From NCBI GenBank assembly GCA_043228905.1, contig JBHGNT010000014.1:16430001-16494000 (forward strand): 64,000 nucleotides of DNA, written 5' to 3'. The notes beneath the pieces were generated by a model, which worked only from the letters and a program-made list of their open reading frames with translations, made no database searches and was not told where the DNA came from. Shown here in pieces: positions 40,901-53,516 of this stretch. Origin of the DNA: Azolla caroliniana (Eukaryota; Plantae; Polypodiophyta). Positions within the stretch are counted from its first letter, which is position 1, and each line of letters opens with the position of its first letter. A program made the translations under genes and the position numbers.

Positions 40901-42160
40901 TCAACCTCTCTCTCCTTTTTGAGAGACGTGGATGGAAATGACACTAGTCGTAACACGGCCATTTCCTTAATAGAACATGTTATACCCCATAACATTTTGT
41001 ACCACGCTAAAACTATTTTATTTATGTTTTTTATTCTTTTTTTCTTTTGATGATTAGGTATTCATCCCATTATTGTAATCAATTGTCTCATGGGCCCAAT
41101 TTGGTCTTCTTTCTTTTCTTTCTTATTCGTGACCTGATAATCAAAGTGTGGCTAGCCTGTTTCTATTAGCGTTTGTTTACTCACCTTAATACGACTAATG
41201 CATAAGCATTAATAAGGCAATAGTTAACTTTTTGTTCAAGTTATCTATGTGAGAGAGGTGAGTGAGAGTTTGCAAGATTAATGGCTCAAAGTAATTGACG
41301 ACCACTTTTGACTGACTCTTATCAATAGGGTATATGGTGGTCCAAACAACGAGCTACAATCTCAATGTAGAGAGAAAACTATACCCACACAAAGATGTCA
41401 TGCGTTTAGTGAGATCACCTGAGCAGACACAACTATCATAGAGAAGTACTTAACAAAGGCAATTGCAGGGATCTCCCTTTCATTTTCCTAAATACCCTTC
41501 CCCTTTATATCAATTCCCCTTTATTTCCTAAGTATCTTTTCCGTTCAACTTTCCTAATACGCTTCCCCATTACTTTCCTTAAAACCCTTAAAAAATAATT
41601 TTCCAAAATATTCTTAAAAGTAATCCTAAATATCATTCAGCTTTTATTTTATGTTCACAAGCACATACACATACATACACCAATCTCGCAGATACAATGG
41701 TGCACACACACACATACACACATACATTCACGCAAACAAGTTTAGACATTAATGTACAACCTCATATAATCAAGCATAGCCAACATTAAACACATACACG
41801 TGGAGAGTGGCAAGTTTATGATTGATTGCTTTTGTAAATTGGTTATCATAAGCTTCACACACATGAGTTTTCTTTTGAGCTCTAATGTGTACATGTACTT
41901 TTTCTTTTGCATGCAACCTCTTGCTTTTTAGCAGGGGCATTAACCCCCTTTCGTTATTATTCAATGACTATGGTGTCTAAATTCATGTGCGGCCATAAAC
42001 TATGACTTAGCATTATACTAGATCTAGTATGGGAGACCAAAATTACACATTCTTTGGTGAATTCCGCCTTCCAATGCTTCTTACTAATGTTTTAGTTGAA
42101 TTCTATATCCATAACATCTTGATGCTGATAATTTTTTCCCAACATTTCTCTACTTGTAGA

Positions 42161-42726
42161 TAGTAATGGCCATGGTTCGGTTCGGTTCAGTTTCTTTGCT
42201 TTGAAACTGAACCAAACCGAATAAACCATTTATATAAAACAAAAACCAAACCAAACCATTTTTGAACTCTTAAGCTATTTAAACCAAACCATTTAAGAAA
42301 AGGTAAACCAAACCATTTAAACCAAAAGCGTCTAGGGAAAAATGGAAACCAAACTGAACCATTTAACAAAAAAAATTTAACCTAATTATTTAAGTCAAAC
42401 TAATTAAAAATCTAAATAAACAAAAATACATTTAAGTTAAATGTATTAAATCAATAAAATAAACTTTAATTAAATTAAATAAACATTTAAGTTAAATCAA
42501 TAAAAAATCATTAAATTAATAAACTATTAAGGCAAAAAATGTTAACCAAAAGCCAATAAAACCAAAGCATTTAAACCAATAAACTCGAGTTATAGAACCA
42601 AACCGAACTGAAACCATTTAAAAATCCAAACCAAACCAAACCATTAAATTTTTTTGAAACCAATACACCGTTAAAGCACAGCTTAACTGTTCGGTTTGGT
42701 TTGAGCCGAAACCGTGCCCATTGCTA
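42161..42726. mobile_element. Non-autonomous hAT-type element (MITE), 566 bp
   Basis: Imperfect TIRs TAGTAATGGCCATGGTTCGG and TAGCAATGGGCACGGTTTCGG. Perfect 8-bp TSD CTTGTAGA at 42153-42160 and 42727-42734. Subterminal AAACC/GGTTC repeats. Confidence 0.92.
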
Positions 42727-43595
42727 CTTGTAGAACTTGGTCCTTGTCAACATCAATTACATATATTGTCACAAACATTAGATGAGAGATACATTGATGT
42801 ACAAACAACAGGAGAAGATCAGATTAAAGTGGGGGAGGAAAAATTTTATAACTAATGGAAGGAGTTTTTTTTGGAAAAAAAGAAAAAGATTAAAGTGGGG
42901 GAGAGAGAAAACATTTGAGCACTTTACATGAGAGTTGTGAACAAGCACACACTTCCTAATTGTAGATGATAGAGTAGGACCATGCATATATTTCCCCAAA
43001 GGGCCAATGAAATGGTGGATATGGATTTTTCACCTCAAGGTGAATATCCATCAAAGACAAGATTTCTTCTTGAACAAGTTTAGAGTTGTCCTATGTACAT
43101 TGCCTTAACTAATGGAAGTAGTTTTTTTTTGGAAAAAAAAACAAGTTTAGAGTTGCAAACAACTTTCCATGGGTTGAAATTGACACAAAGACCTTGACAC
43201 ATGAGTGAATAGATGGATTCCTTATCAAAGGCCAATTAGACAACCTACAAATGTGGTCAGTCATCTATGTCAACTCGAAAAGCATTTAAATAGTACTCAA
43301 TGTATCATATGTGGACAATTTGGTTCTATTAGAAACATTGAAGTTGAGGCAAGTCAATTCACACCACTATCTGATAGTTTCTATTAGTTCATCAACGAGA
43401 ATGGGCATAAAAGATTATTTCATATGATCGTAATTGTGCAAAACTCATGTTGTTAATTTTATATTACCATCATTTCATTCTTTTAACTAGATAGATTGCC
43501 CATACCATTCATTACTTTACTACTAGTAAGCAAAGTGTCAAACAAATCACTTTTCGAATGATAGATGGAGACCTATTTCTGAATTCATCCCTTGC

Positions 43596-43760
43596 ACAAG
43601 ACATTTATCAAAGTTGGCCACAATTGAATAACAAGTGAGATCCTTCCTCTCCTTTCGAATTTAACAATTCTTACTACAAGACATTTATCAAAGTTGGCCA
43701 CAATTGAATAACAAGTGAGATCCTTCCTCTCCTTTCGAATTTAACAATTCTTACTACAAG
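43596..43760. repeat. Perfect 80-bp tandem duplication
   Basis: acatttatcaaagttggcc starts at 43601 and 43681. Bounded by ACAAG microhomology. Confidence 0.95.
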
Positions 43761-44242
43761 GGTCTACGAAATAATATAACTAAACCGACCAAGCTCTATT
43801 TGCACATTCCCAAGACACGAGAATTTATCTCAGCTAGTCAGGAATGTATAATGAATGACCATAAAATAAGAACAAGTTTGAAAGGTATACATGAAAAGAT
43901 GCATGGTCATATGATTTACATGACCAATTTTGGTGATATGGCTTGCTGAAGTGATTAATCACAAGATTGTAACTCTTGTGCTGTTTTTTTTTTCTTTCCC
44001 AAGCATATGTGAAACAACTATATGCTAGTTGTTTCCTTTTTACAAGTGGTTTTTTTTAGATTTTTGCTTTTTTAAGTGTTTCAGTTTGGTTGTGAACCAT
44101 GGCATGTCTCTCATGGGACATAAGAGATCCATTTGGTTTTCTGGTTGTATGAATAGTGCTTGTACAAAAGAAAGAGAGAATGTATGCAGTAAGTATATGA
44201 GAGAGAGAGAGACACACACACACATCTTGTAAGATCTGTTTG

Positions 44243-47200
44243 TCATAGTTCTGAAAGAGATCTTGATTGTTGAGGTTGAGGGAGATGATTCAAAGAAATG
44301 TATCTCCGAGAAGAACCCGCTTGAAGTATGAAAGCTACTCCGGCCATTGTTTCTTCCTATAGGCATATCAATAGAGAAATTACAATTAAACTGTCTAGGA
44401 AAGAAGCCCCGAAAATATCCTTGAATGCCATTGTATACACTTGGTCTATACCTGTCTCAATCGGCTTCTTTGCAACATATTCAAGGCTCGGACCATTATA
44501 TAGCAAGGTAACACAAACCCCACAGCTCGAAGCACAAAGAGCTACATAAAAGAAGAAGTCGATTCGGCTTGTCAGCTTACAAAGAAGTCATAATTTTATG
44601 CATTTGCATGGTGGTGAGTCAGTCATCTGCTTATGTACTATGTTGGTTCGGGTTGTTAGCTTCCCAAAGAAGTCAATTTCATTTATGTATTAGTAATGGT
44701 GAAATCATCCACATATGTATACTATACTACATTATGTAACCGAGTGCAACGATTCAATGCTGATTGAAAACTTTGTAAGAAGAAGAAGAGCTTAAAGTGA
44801 AGAACATACATAGATTAGTAATTGTCCGCATCTGTACTACTACCAACTGAAATGATTCAATGCTGATTGAAACTTGTAATAAGAACTTACAGTGAACATG
44901 GATTAGTATGGTGAATACTAATCTAATCGTCCACATATGTATTACTACACTACCGAGTGAAAATGATTCAATGCTGATTGAAAACTTTGTAATAAGATAA
45001 AGAACTTACAGTGAAGAACATGGATTAGTATGGTGAAATCATCCACATACGATTTCATATATATTATTACTACACTCCGAGTGAAAATGATTCAATGCTG
45101 ATTGAAAACTTTGTAATAAGATAAAGAACTTACGGTGAAGAACATGGATGCATCTTCTTGCTTGCTAGCACTCACGGATGCCATCGCGATCCCATGGCGA
45201 AGAAGCAAAAGTGCCACCAGCTAACAAAAAAAATCCAAACAGCATGTGTGTTTGTTTTTTTGAGTGTTATGTGAAAGATATACACACCATTTTGAAAACA
45301 TGTTTTACTGAGAGGATTTGGTCCGAAAACTCACGACGAGAGCTATGGAACGGCAACATGCAACACTTGTGGAGTTGGCCTCCTCATAGTGAGCATCCAG
45401 AAATTGCTGCTGTATCGCTAATAGTCGATGAGCATCGTGGAACTCCAAGGCCTCCCAATCATCACTACTAATTCATCATTTTTTATATCCATCAATACAT
45501 ACATACCATCATTTGTGTTGATTTGTTTTTTTAGCATTGACATATACATGCTTGAGAGAGATACACAAAACAGACCAAGTGTTACACTCTTTGTGAGATT
45601 CATCATGTCAGGCACGTCCCAAAAGGGGGTTATGTGAACCACATAAGGTCACCCCTCAAACCCTAGCCATTCTTGTCATAAATACGAATTGCCATACGAA
45701 CCATCCATCCAAATGGTTGTCTAGTTTCAAGTTCAGCCATCAAAATGCATCACTTCTCTAGATTTCTATCCATTCTTGTTTCAACTTGAAACTCCAGAAT
45801 TTAAAATGTTTCACTTATTTTGATTTGAATCATCCAAATTAAGCAAATTGAAGGTAAGCAAATACAAATGCCATGATCTTGCACAATTTGTTCTGTTTTT
45901 TGAACCATCCATCCAAATGGTTGTCTAGTTTCAAGCTCAGCCATCAAAATGCATCATTTCTTTTGATTTGTATCCATCCTTGTTTCAATTTGAAACTCCA
46001 GAATTTTAAATGTTTCACTTGTTTTGATTTGAATCATCTAAATTGAGTATATATTGAAAGTAAGCAAATACAAATGCCATAATCATGTACAATTTGTTCT
46101 ATTTTTTGAACCATCCATCCAAATGGTTCTCTAGTTTCAAGCTCAGCCATCAAAATGCATCACTTCCTTTGATTTGTATCCATCCTTGTTTCAATTTGAA
46201 ACTCCAGAGTTTTAAATGTTTCACTTGTTTTGATTTGAATCATCCAAATTCCGCAAATTGGAGGTAAGTGATCCATCATTGGCACCATTTATTCCGATTG
46301 AATGATTAAACCTCACCATTTGGTTTGTTTGGTTCTGATTTGAACCATCAGAATGCAACATTTGCTTTTGGATTTGATCCATCAAAATTTATCACTTGTT
46401 TCAATTTGAACAATCAAAATGTGTAGTGAGGAGAAATAGAATCACATACATTTGAATGAAAATCCAAAGGCTGGTGTGATGTGATGAATGAATACCTGAG
46501 ATCAATGGAGATATCATCGGTGGGGGCAGCAATTGGAGAAGGAAGTGACGTATATCCATTCGTATACGGCTAAATTTGAATAATGGAGCAAACTAAGTAC
46601 TTTATACAACATTAGATTACAATACACCAAACAGAAAAGAGAAAATATAAATTACACACATTATGTATTAGACACACATACATATGTAGAAAATGAAGAC
46701 AAAATGAAGAAAAAAAAAGGCACCTGCTTGCAAATCTCGCAAATGGTGTTTCCTTTCTCATTGCACCATCTTTGAACACAAGCTCGATGAGCATACTAAG
46801 AAAAATCACACAAAAAAACAAAATGTGGTGAACAAAAGCATTAAAAGAAAAAAGCAAAACCATTAAAAAGGGCTTATTAAACTCTCAACCCTAGAAATTA
46901 ATCAAATCCACTAATAGATTTATCCCTAAACCCTAAACCCAAAAAGCCAATCAGATCCATAAATGGATTAGGGTTTGGAATTCCTAAACCATAGGGAATA
47001 ATCAGAATCAGAAAGTATATCAGTGTTTAGGGATAAATCCTAAACCCCGAAAATCCACTAATAGATTTATCCCTAAACCCTAAACCCAAAAAGCCAATCA
47101 GATCCATAAATGGATTAGGGTTTGGAATTCCTAAACCATAGGGAATAATCAGAATCAGAAAGTATATCAGTGTTTAGGGATAAATCCTAAACCCCGAAAA

Positions 47201-47583
47201 TCTATCAGATCCATAAATGGAAATTATTATTCATAAGAACATCATAGAGAATAAAGGGATTACACTTCCTTTACCGAATTAAAGTACCTTTGATTTCTCT
47301 TTATCCATCTCATTAAGAAGCTAATCAATGCTTATATAGTTGGCATTTATTGAATTAAAATAGTTACCTTGATGCTTCCTGAGCAAGCACATGGCTTTTC
47401 AAGGTCTTGGATGATGTCTTCTTCCTGACAAATCCTGCATTCTGCAGAGAGGAAAGAATTGCAAGAAGAAGAGGATGAGGAAGAAGAAGAAGAACAGGGG
47501 AGAAGAGATATTGAAATCTCGCTACTATAATCAGTAGGAGGAGGAGCAGAAGTAGTAAAAGTCTTCATAGATCCAGATAACAT
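44243..47583 (-). CDS. RING-CH (RINGv/MARCH-like) E3 ubiquitin ligase with DUF3675 and two TM helices; exons 47583-47368, 46795-46724, 46569-46496, 45467/45464-45335, 45220-45134, 44541-44452, 44356-44243; 260-261 aa
   Basis: C4HC3 RING: ECRICQEED...[41 protein letters not shown]3675 motifs [17 protein letters not shown] and [19 protein letters not shown]. All introns are GT-AG and in frame. Confidence 0.93.
44690..45150. repeat. ~120-bp degenerate tandem repeat x3-4 including the exon-5 end and donor of the RING-CH gene
   Basis: gaacttac(a/g)gtgaa(gaa)catggat at ~44883, 45002 and 45126. gattcaatgctgattgaaa occurs four times. Confidence 0.85.
45698..46268. repeat. ~205-bp tandem repeat x2.8 in RING-CH intron 3
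   Basis: gaaccatccatccaaatggtt starts at 45698, 45902 and 46108. Confidence 0.92.
46904..47215. repeat. 147-bp tandem duplication containing telomere-like motifs and internal inverted repeats
   Basis: aaatccactaatagatttatccctaaaccctaaaccc starts at 46904 and 47051. Confidence 0.92.
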
Positions 47584-47844
47584 TAGTTACAATAGATAGA
47601 TCGATAGGTATGGATCTGTATGTCTTAGGGAATAATCAGAGCACAGAGAGAATTTGAAGGAATTTGCGAGATATAAGATTTGAAAAAGGGAACAGGGGAG
47701 GCTCCAACGGCCATATCTTATTGCTACTATGAGAGGCACAGAAAATAATGAAAATGTAAATGCGTGTGGATTTAGAATTTAGCTTTACATGTCTTTATGT
47801 CTTTCATGTTTTTTTCTAATGTTTCTCAAAAAAGTGTGTGAAAC

Positions 47845-48487
47845 TTTTTAGGGTTTTGGGTTTTAGGGCCTTTTTTATTTTAGGGAATTTAAGGCTTTAT
47901 GCTTTAGGGTTTGCTTAAGCTCTTTAATTCCCAAGTGTTTTCTAAAATGTGTGTGTGTGTGTGTCTTGTCTGCTAAGTATTAGCTTTACATGTCTTTTGT
48001 TTTCTAATTTTTCTCAAGTGTGTGTATATTTTAGGGTTTTGAGATTTAGGGCCTTTTGGGTTTAAGGATTTTAGGGTTTCAACACGTTAGGTTTTAATGT
48101 TTTAGGGTGTTTTGTTGTTAAAGTTGTTAGGATTTAGGGTTTTCTTAAATTCTTTAGGGTTTTAGCACATTAGGTTGTAATGTTTTAGGGTGTTTTGTTG
48201 TTAAAGTTGTTAGGATTTAGGGTTTTCTTAAAGTCTTTAGGGTTTTAGCACATTAGGTTGTAATGTTTTAGGGTATTTTGTTGTTAAAGTTGTTAGGATT
48301 TAGGGTTTTCTTAAAGTCTTTAGGGTTCCAGTGCGTTAGATTTTAATATTTTAGGGTGTTTTGTTGTTAAAGTTGTTAGGATTTAGGGTTTTCTTAATGT
48401 CTTTAGGGTTTTAGCGCGTTAGATTTTAATGTTTTAGGGTGTTTGTTTTTAAAGTCGTTAGGATTTCGGGTTTTCTTAAAGTCTTTA
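47845..48487. repeat. TTTAGGG-rich degenerate tract with an 83-bp higher-order unit x5 (~48070-48487)
   Basis: aagttgttaggatttaggg at 48121, 48204, 48287 and 48370, with a variant at ~48452. Each unit has about three TTTAGGG. Confidence 0.9.
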
Positions 48488-51099
48488 ACTTCGAAGTGTT
48501 TTCATGCACGTTTTTTATGATAACCATCATCAATATATAGTAGTGTGATTTGCACATAATGTGCAGTCGAGTTTCTTTTCCGTACATTGGCTCTTCTTTT
48601 ACACCCCACTTGCTTTAGAGAAATAGGGGATGATGGGGCCGCCATATCCCATAATGCGTTGCTCGATTGCTTTTTACTACTACGAGAGAAATAAATAAAA
48701 AACATGAATTGAGTCTCGTTCCATAGATTTTGAATCAATTAGTGTATAGTTTGTCAAGGCTCATGTTTTGAAGGGTCAGGAATGAAAGCCATATGGCTTG
48801 AGAAAATTACCATGATAAATTTATATATGTATAAGAAAATCTTTGGGAGTTTCAGCCTTCATCATCGATCCAACCAAGCAATCTATGAAATAATGTAAAC
48901 CTCGAGGTGTATGTTAGCAGTTTTCAAGATTTTATTGGACTCAATCCAATGAAAAGGTAGGAACCCCATTTCCAAATGCTCGCTCTACCAATGACAGGAT
49001 CATAGCTCAACATCTCCATTATTTTAAAACTTAATGCTATCATGACACTGTATTAGTTCTAGGAATTCAAAATTCTATAAAATCCTAACAAATCCAAAGT
49101 CCTGCTACAACATTAGAAAATTATACTATTTTCTATGACAAATAGATAACATGCACAGTAGCAAAATGTGAAAGCGTAACCTAATGCATCACATACGAGA
49201 TTATTGGTGTCCCCACTAATTACTGCTTCTACACTCACGAGCTTCATGATATTCAAATTTTGAATGTATAAGCATGGTGTTCTCGTGCTTTGCAACATTA
49301 AGGCCATGCTTTCAAGTCTCGAGCAATGTGTTCATTATTCATAATTTTTTGTGTGTCTATTTTTGTTTAAGATCATGCACACCAATTGTGTACTCCTAAA
49401 CTTATAAACAGTGATAGGATGCTTGAACCACAAGACAAGGGGTGAAAATGCAGTTTAAAGGCAAACACTAATAGGGTAAATTGGAATAATGTCACCAAAA
49501 CATGCATCCACTTTGGTTTACACATGCTATCTACGTTGACGTCTACTAAATCAACACCTCAATTTCTAATAAGTGATTTCTTAATTAGTTTGTGCCACCT
49601 ACTTCGTTACCACTAAGGACTACGAGATTTTCAATTACTTCTTGATAGGTCCAAGAAAACATCTTGAACCCTAGAGATGGACATCTGATCCTCTAGTTCT
49701 CTAGCCCAATTAGAATTGCAATATCTATTAAGCTTTGTCCCTTGGCAAAACTTGATATAAATTCTAATAATACATATCTTCACTTGTCAATTAACCTTTT
49801 CTAGATTTGTTGAGAGCTCTTCAACATTCCCATCACATAGGCTAGGTTGGTCTTGTTTTGCACACGTAGAGAAGACTTGCTCAATCTCATTGTCATTTTA
49901 CTTCTAATATTCATTAGCTTAAAACTAGTTATCACTTTTGTTAAGAATCTATTGCTAACCAATAGACCAAATAAAAGTAAAAGAAAGATGAATAGATTGG
50001 ACAACATAACTCGATGAATAGATTGGATAGAATATCTCGATCCTCCCGACCACCCTTGAGCTATAAACAAGAGATAAATAACCTACCAATAATGTTCCAT
50101 AGCAACAAATATTAGGATGACTAGTACTTTGGACGAGGTAACATGATTGCCATGACACATTCCTCGATCAATCATGAATAATTTCAGACAAAAGATTTAC
50201 AAGAAATACTTGAATAGAGATATCACAATAACATATTATATTAAAGTTGATGAATTGAGTACATATAAAATGAGATTACTCGACTCCCTTACATGGAGTG
50301 TCTTGTTGGCAAATTAATTAAGAAGATAGAGATATTATAGGCTTAAGTGGAGTTTAGGAAGCAATCCTCAAGTTTTGGTTCAGTGGATAAGAGAGATGGT
50401 CTCGTTTTTTGTCGTTGTAGTCTTGAATGCCCTCTTGATTCTCAGTCTTTAGCTCCCACATAAATTTATTTACTAGTGCTTCCACGTCATACAAAATTCA
50501 ACCCGCAAGAATGAACTCTCATCTCCCTTTTAAAGGCCACATGAGCTCTTCGTGCAAATAAAAGCATTATATCTCCTTTTAACATCCACCTCCTTCATCA
50601 CCTTCGCATCCACCTTCAATTATATTCCTTGAGCACCTGGCGTAAGCAAAATGCTGATCTCGTTCATCCCATTATCATCCACATGATCTCTTGTTGTTGT
50701 TGTGATCAAAACTCAACCGTAGACTTGATCCTAGGGTAAGCTAGATTGCCAATTGTTGATCTCCATATCCATCCATCCGCATTCCTCTCATTCATCCCAA
50801 TGACATTTGCGTGATCTCTTGTTGTTCATATGAAAACTAAACCGTAGACCTGATCCTAGTGTAAGCTCTTGGCAATTGTGTTATTTCTTTTTGTTATCTT
50901 TGACTTCATCTTGTTTTTTGTCCTTCTTGTCATACTTGCCCTATCCTTTGGTAGGCTCTCTTTGAGACATAGAGTACACACTTGTGGTGACACTTGGGAA
51001 TTCAACACCACAAGGAAATTTGACATTGAACACGCTTAAGTATAGTCTTCTTAATGAAGAAGCTATATGAAAGGAGCGTGATTCCAACTTTGAGGATAA

Positions 51100-52332
51100 C
51101 GCATTAGGGACAAAAAAGCATTGTGGTAGTCCATATCACTATGAGAGAGACTGTAGAAGGAAAAGAGAAGAAAAAAATGGAATAGTTGACAACTCAATAG
51201 CCACATGTGATGGTTTTAGTTTGTGATAATGTTTGCATTAGTTTAGCATGCCAAAAACCTTATTAGATTATTGATTTAGGAGACTCATTTCATATTACCC
51301 CATATCGGGAGATGTTCATATCAAATGTTGATGGTATGTTTGGTGGAGTTAAAATGGCCAACCATGGTATGTTTTGAGCAAAGGTTATTGCCATAGGAAA
51401 TGCATGCGTGAAAGAGAAATTTCAAGGAAGTCGATATGTATTCATGTAGATAACAATTCTAATGAATGCCAAGTTCCATTTGAGCAATATTGTCGTTATC
51501 ATGACATTGGGCTTGAAAGAAGTTCCTTTGGATGGTGATGTTCCAAAGAGAGTTTGGACTGTGAAAGATGTTCCATACAAGCACTTAAGAGTGTTTTGCG
51601 GGAAGGCTTTATGTTCACACCCCAAAAGATGAAAGATTTAAGCTTCGTGACAATTGCAAACCATGTGCTTTCTTGGGATATGGCCATGAATAAAAAGGTT
51701 ATCAAAAGCAAGGATGTAGTATTTCTTGAGGATTAAACTTTACAAGATCCGGAGCAAAGTGAAATACCATACATTCAGCTCCTACCCCAGAAAATCAGGG
51801 TCACTTGGGTGATGTGGGGGAGTATGATAATGGAATTAGTAATGTAGTTTTTGATGATGAGAAAATTGATGATCATCATATTTCACATGTCACTAGATTT
51901 ATGACGTTCATGTAGTTCCACTGCAAGAGGAAGAGGTTAGAAGGTCTTCTAGACAAAGAAAACCTTCTACTAGGTATAATCCATGCGATTATGTGATGTT
52001 CACAGGGGAAGGAGAGCTAAAGATCTTCAGTGAACCTATGGTACATGATTAGAAATAAAAAACGTTTGAGGCCATGATTGATCACATGAAGTCCTTGCAA
52101 GGTAATCAAGTCTATGACTTTGTAAAGTTGGCTAAGGGCAAGAGAGTTTTGACAAACAAATAGGTTTAGAGGTTGAGATTGAGGAACATTGCCCATAACC
52201 AAGATAAAAGTCAAGATTGGTTGTAAAGGGATTTGATGAGAAAAAGGATGTTGATTTTGAGGAAATATTCTCACCAATGGTCAAGATGTCTTCAAACAAA
52301 GTTATTCTTGGGATTGTCGTTGGAGTATGGTA
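51100..52332 (+). mobile_element. Highly degenerate Copia internal remnant
   Basis: IIDLGDSFHITPYREMF (protease), KPCA-FLGYG...IKSKDVVFLED (post-integrase), and FEEIFSPMVKMSS (RT start). Large deletions. Confidence 0.7.
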
Positions 52333-52386
52333 TGATGATCTTGTCTAAGACAATAGTACACATTATGTACATGATGAAACAAAGTA

Positions 52387-52420
<34 letters not shown>

Positions 52421-52816
52421 CTCAGTTGGTAAAGTTGCCCAATGGAGACCAGATGGTCATGGGTTCAACCCCCACATTCCACAATGGCATCTAGTAAAAT
52501 AGAGATATATATGAAGTATATAATAGAGAGGTGAGGAAATTGGGTTTTGAACCCAAGACACAATGCTTGCAGTGTTATCGATTTACCAAGAAAGAAAGAA
52601 AGAAGGCCTAGATAGATGTAGCTCAGCTGGTAAGGTTACCCAATGGAGACCAAGTGGTCATGTGTTTAACCCCTACATTCCATAGTGGCATCTAGTGAAT
52701 TAAGAGATATATAAGAAGTATATAATAGAGAGGTGAGGAAGTTGGATTTCGAACCCACAACGCAATGCTTGTAGTGCTAAGAACTTACCAATAGGGTAAG
52801 GTAATTACGTTAAACA

Positions 52817-52848
<32 letters not shown>

Positions 52849-53451
52849 AGAGAAAGAATACAAACCGTACATTCAAGAAAGACAATTAACATCATCCTAC
52901 AAAGTAGGTTGCAAGTCAATTATATACTAACTGATCCAGGGCAATTGTCCTTTATGCTATTTACATAAACAACCTAATCTTGTTTGTCCAATGGGGTAAT
53001 GTGAATACATCCATTATATTATCGTATTCAACACTCCCCCGTAATGAGTGTATTACAAACCAAATCTATAAAAGAATAAACTAAAATTATAGATATAACA
53101 AAGAGATGATGATTTATTGTCGATCAAAGTCTGCACTCCTATGCTACTCTTGAATCGACCGAACCGAAAATCACCGCAGTGCCCGATTCGACCAAGTCGA
53201 ATTCATTGTTGTGCTCAAATCAACTAGCACAGAAACACCTATTCCCATTTGATGAGGAAGTGACCAAAATCGGTCGTCCGAAAGACATTTGATCAACCCA
53301 TCTAATAATAACATTGTCGGTTGTAGAGATCTTCTCCAAGCCGAGCTTACCTTTAGTTACATAGTCACAAACAAAGTGATATCGAATTTTGATATTTTTC
53401 GAGGCATTATGATGTACCAGATTCTTCAACAATGCGACAACCCCCTAACTG
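52333..53451 (-). mobile_element. Copia 3' end: putative LTR 52333-53033, PPT and RNase H tail
   Basis: ...TTCAACA at 53033 followed by ctccccc (PPT). RNase H LLKNLVHHNASKNIKIRYHFV. The LTR left edge (TGATG at 52333) is inferred from where the preceding RT stops. Confidence 0.65.
52419..52800. other. Tandem pair of ~200-bp units, each with two convergent tRNA-like (A/B-box) modules; SINE-like, not functional tRNA genes
   Basis: Plus strand: GTAGCTCAGCTGGTAAG (52618) and AGCTCAGTTGGTAA (52419), B-box GGGTTCAACCC (52461). Minus strand: CTATTGGTAAG...GGGTTCGAAATCC (52756-52744) and GGGTTCAAAACCC (52554-52542). Confidence 0.6.
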
Positions 53452-53516
53452 TCGTCTGTGTCGGAGTGGGCATCCAGTTTGAGGTTTCGATCGAGAGGGT
53501 TTAGGGTTTAGGGTTT

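Noticed and set aside
52419-52800. Functional tRNA genes
   Set aside because: A/B boxes are present but I could not build convincing acceptor and anticodon stems. Treated as tRNA-derived repeats.
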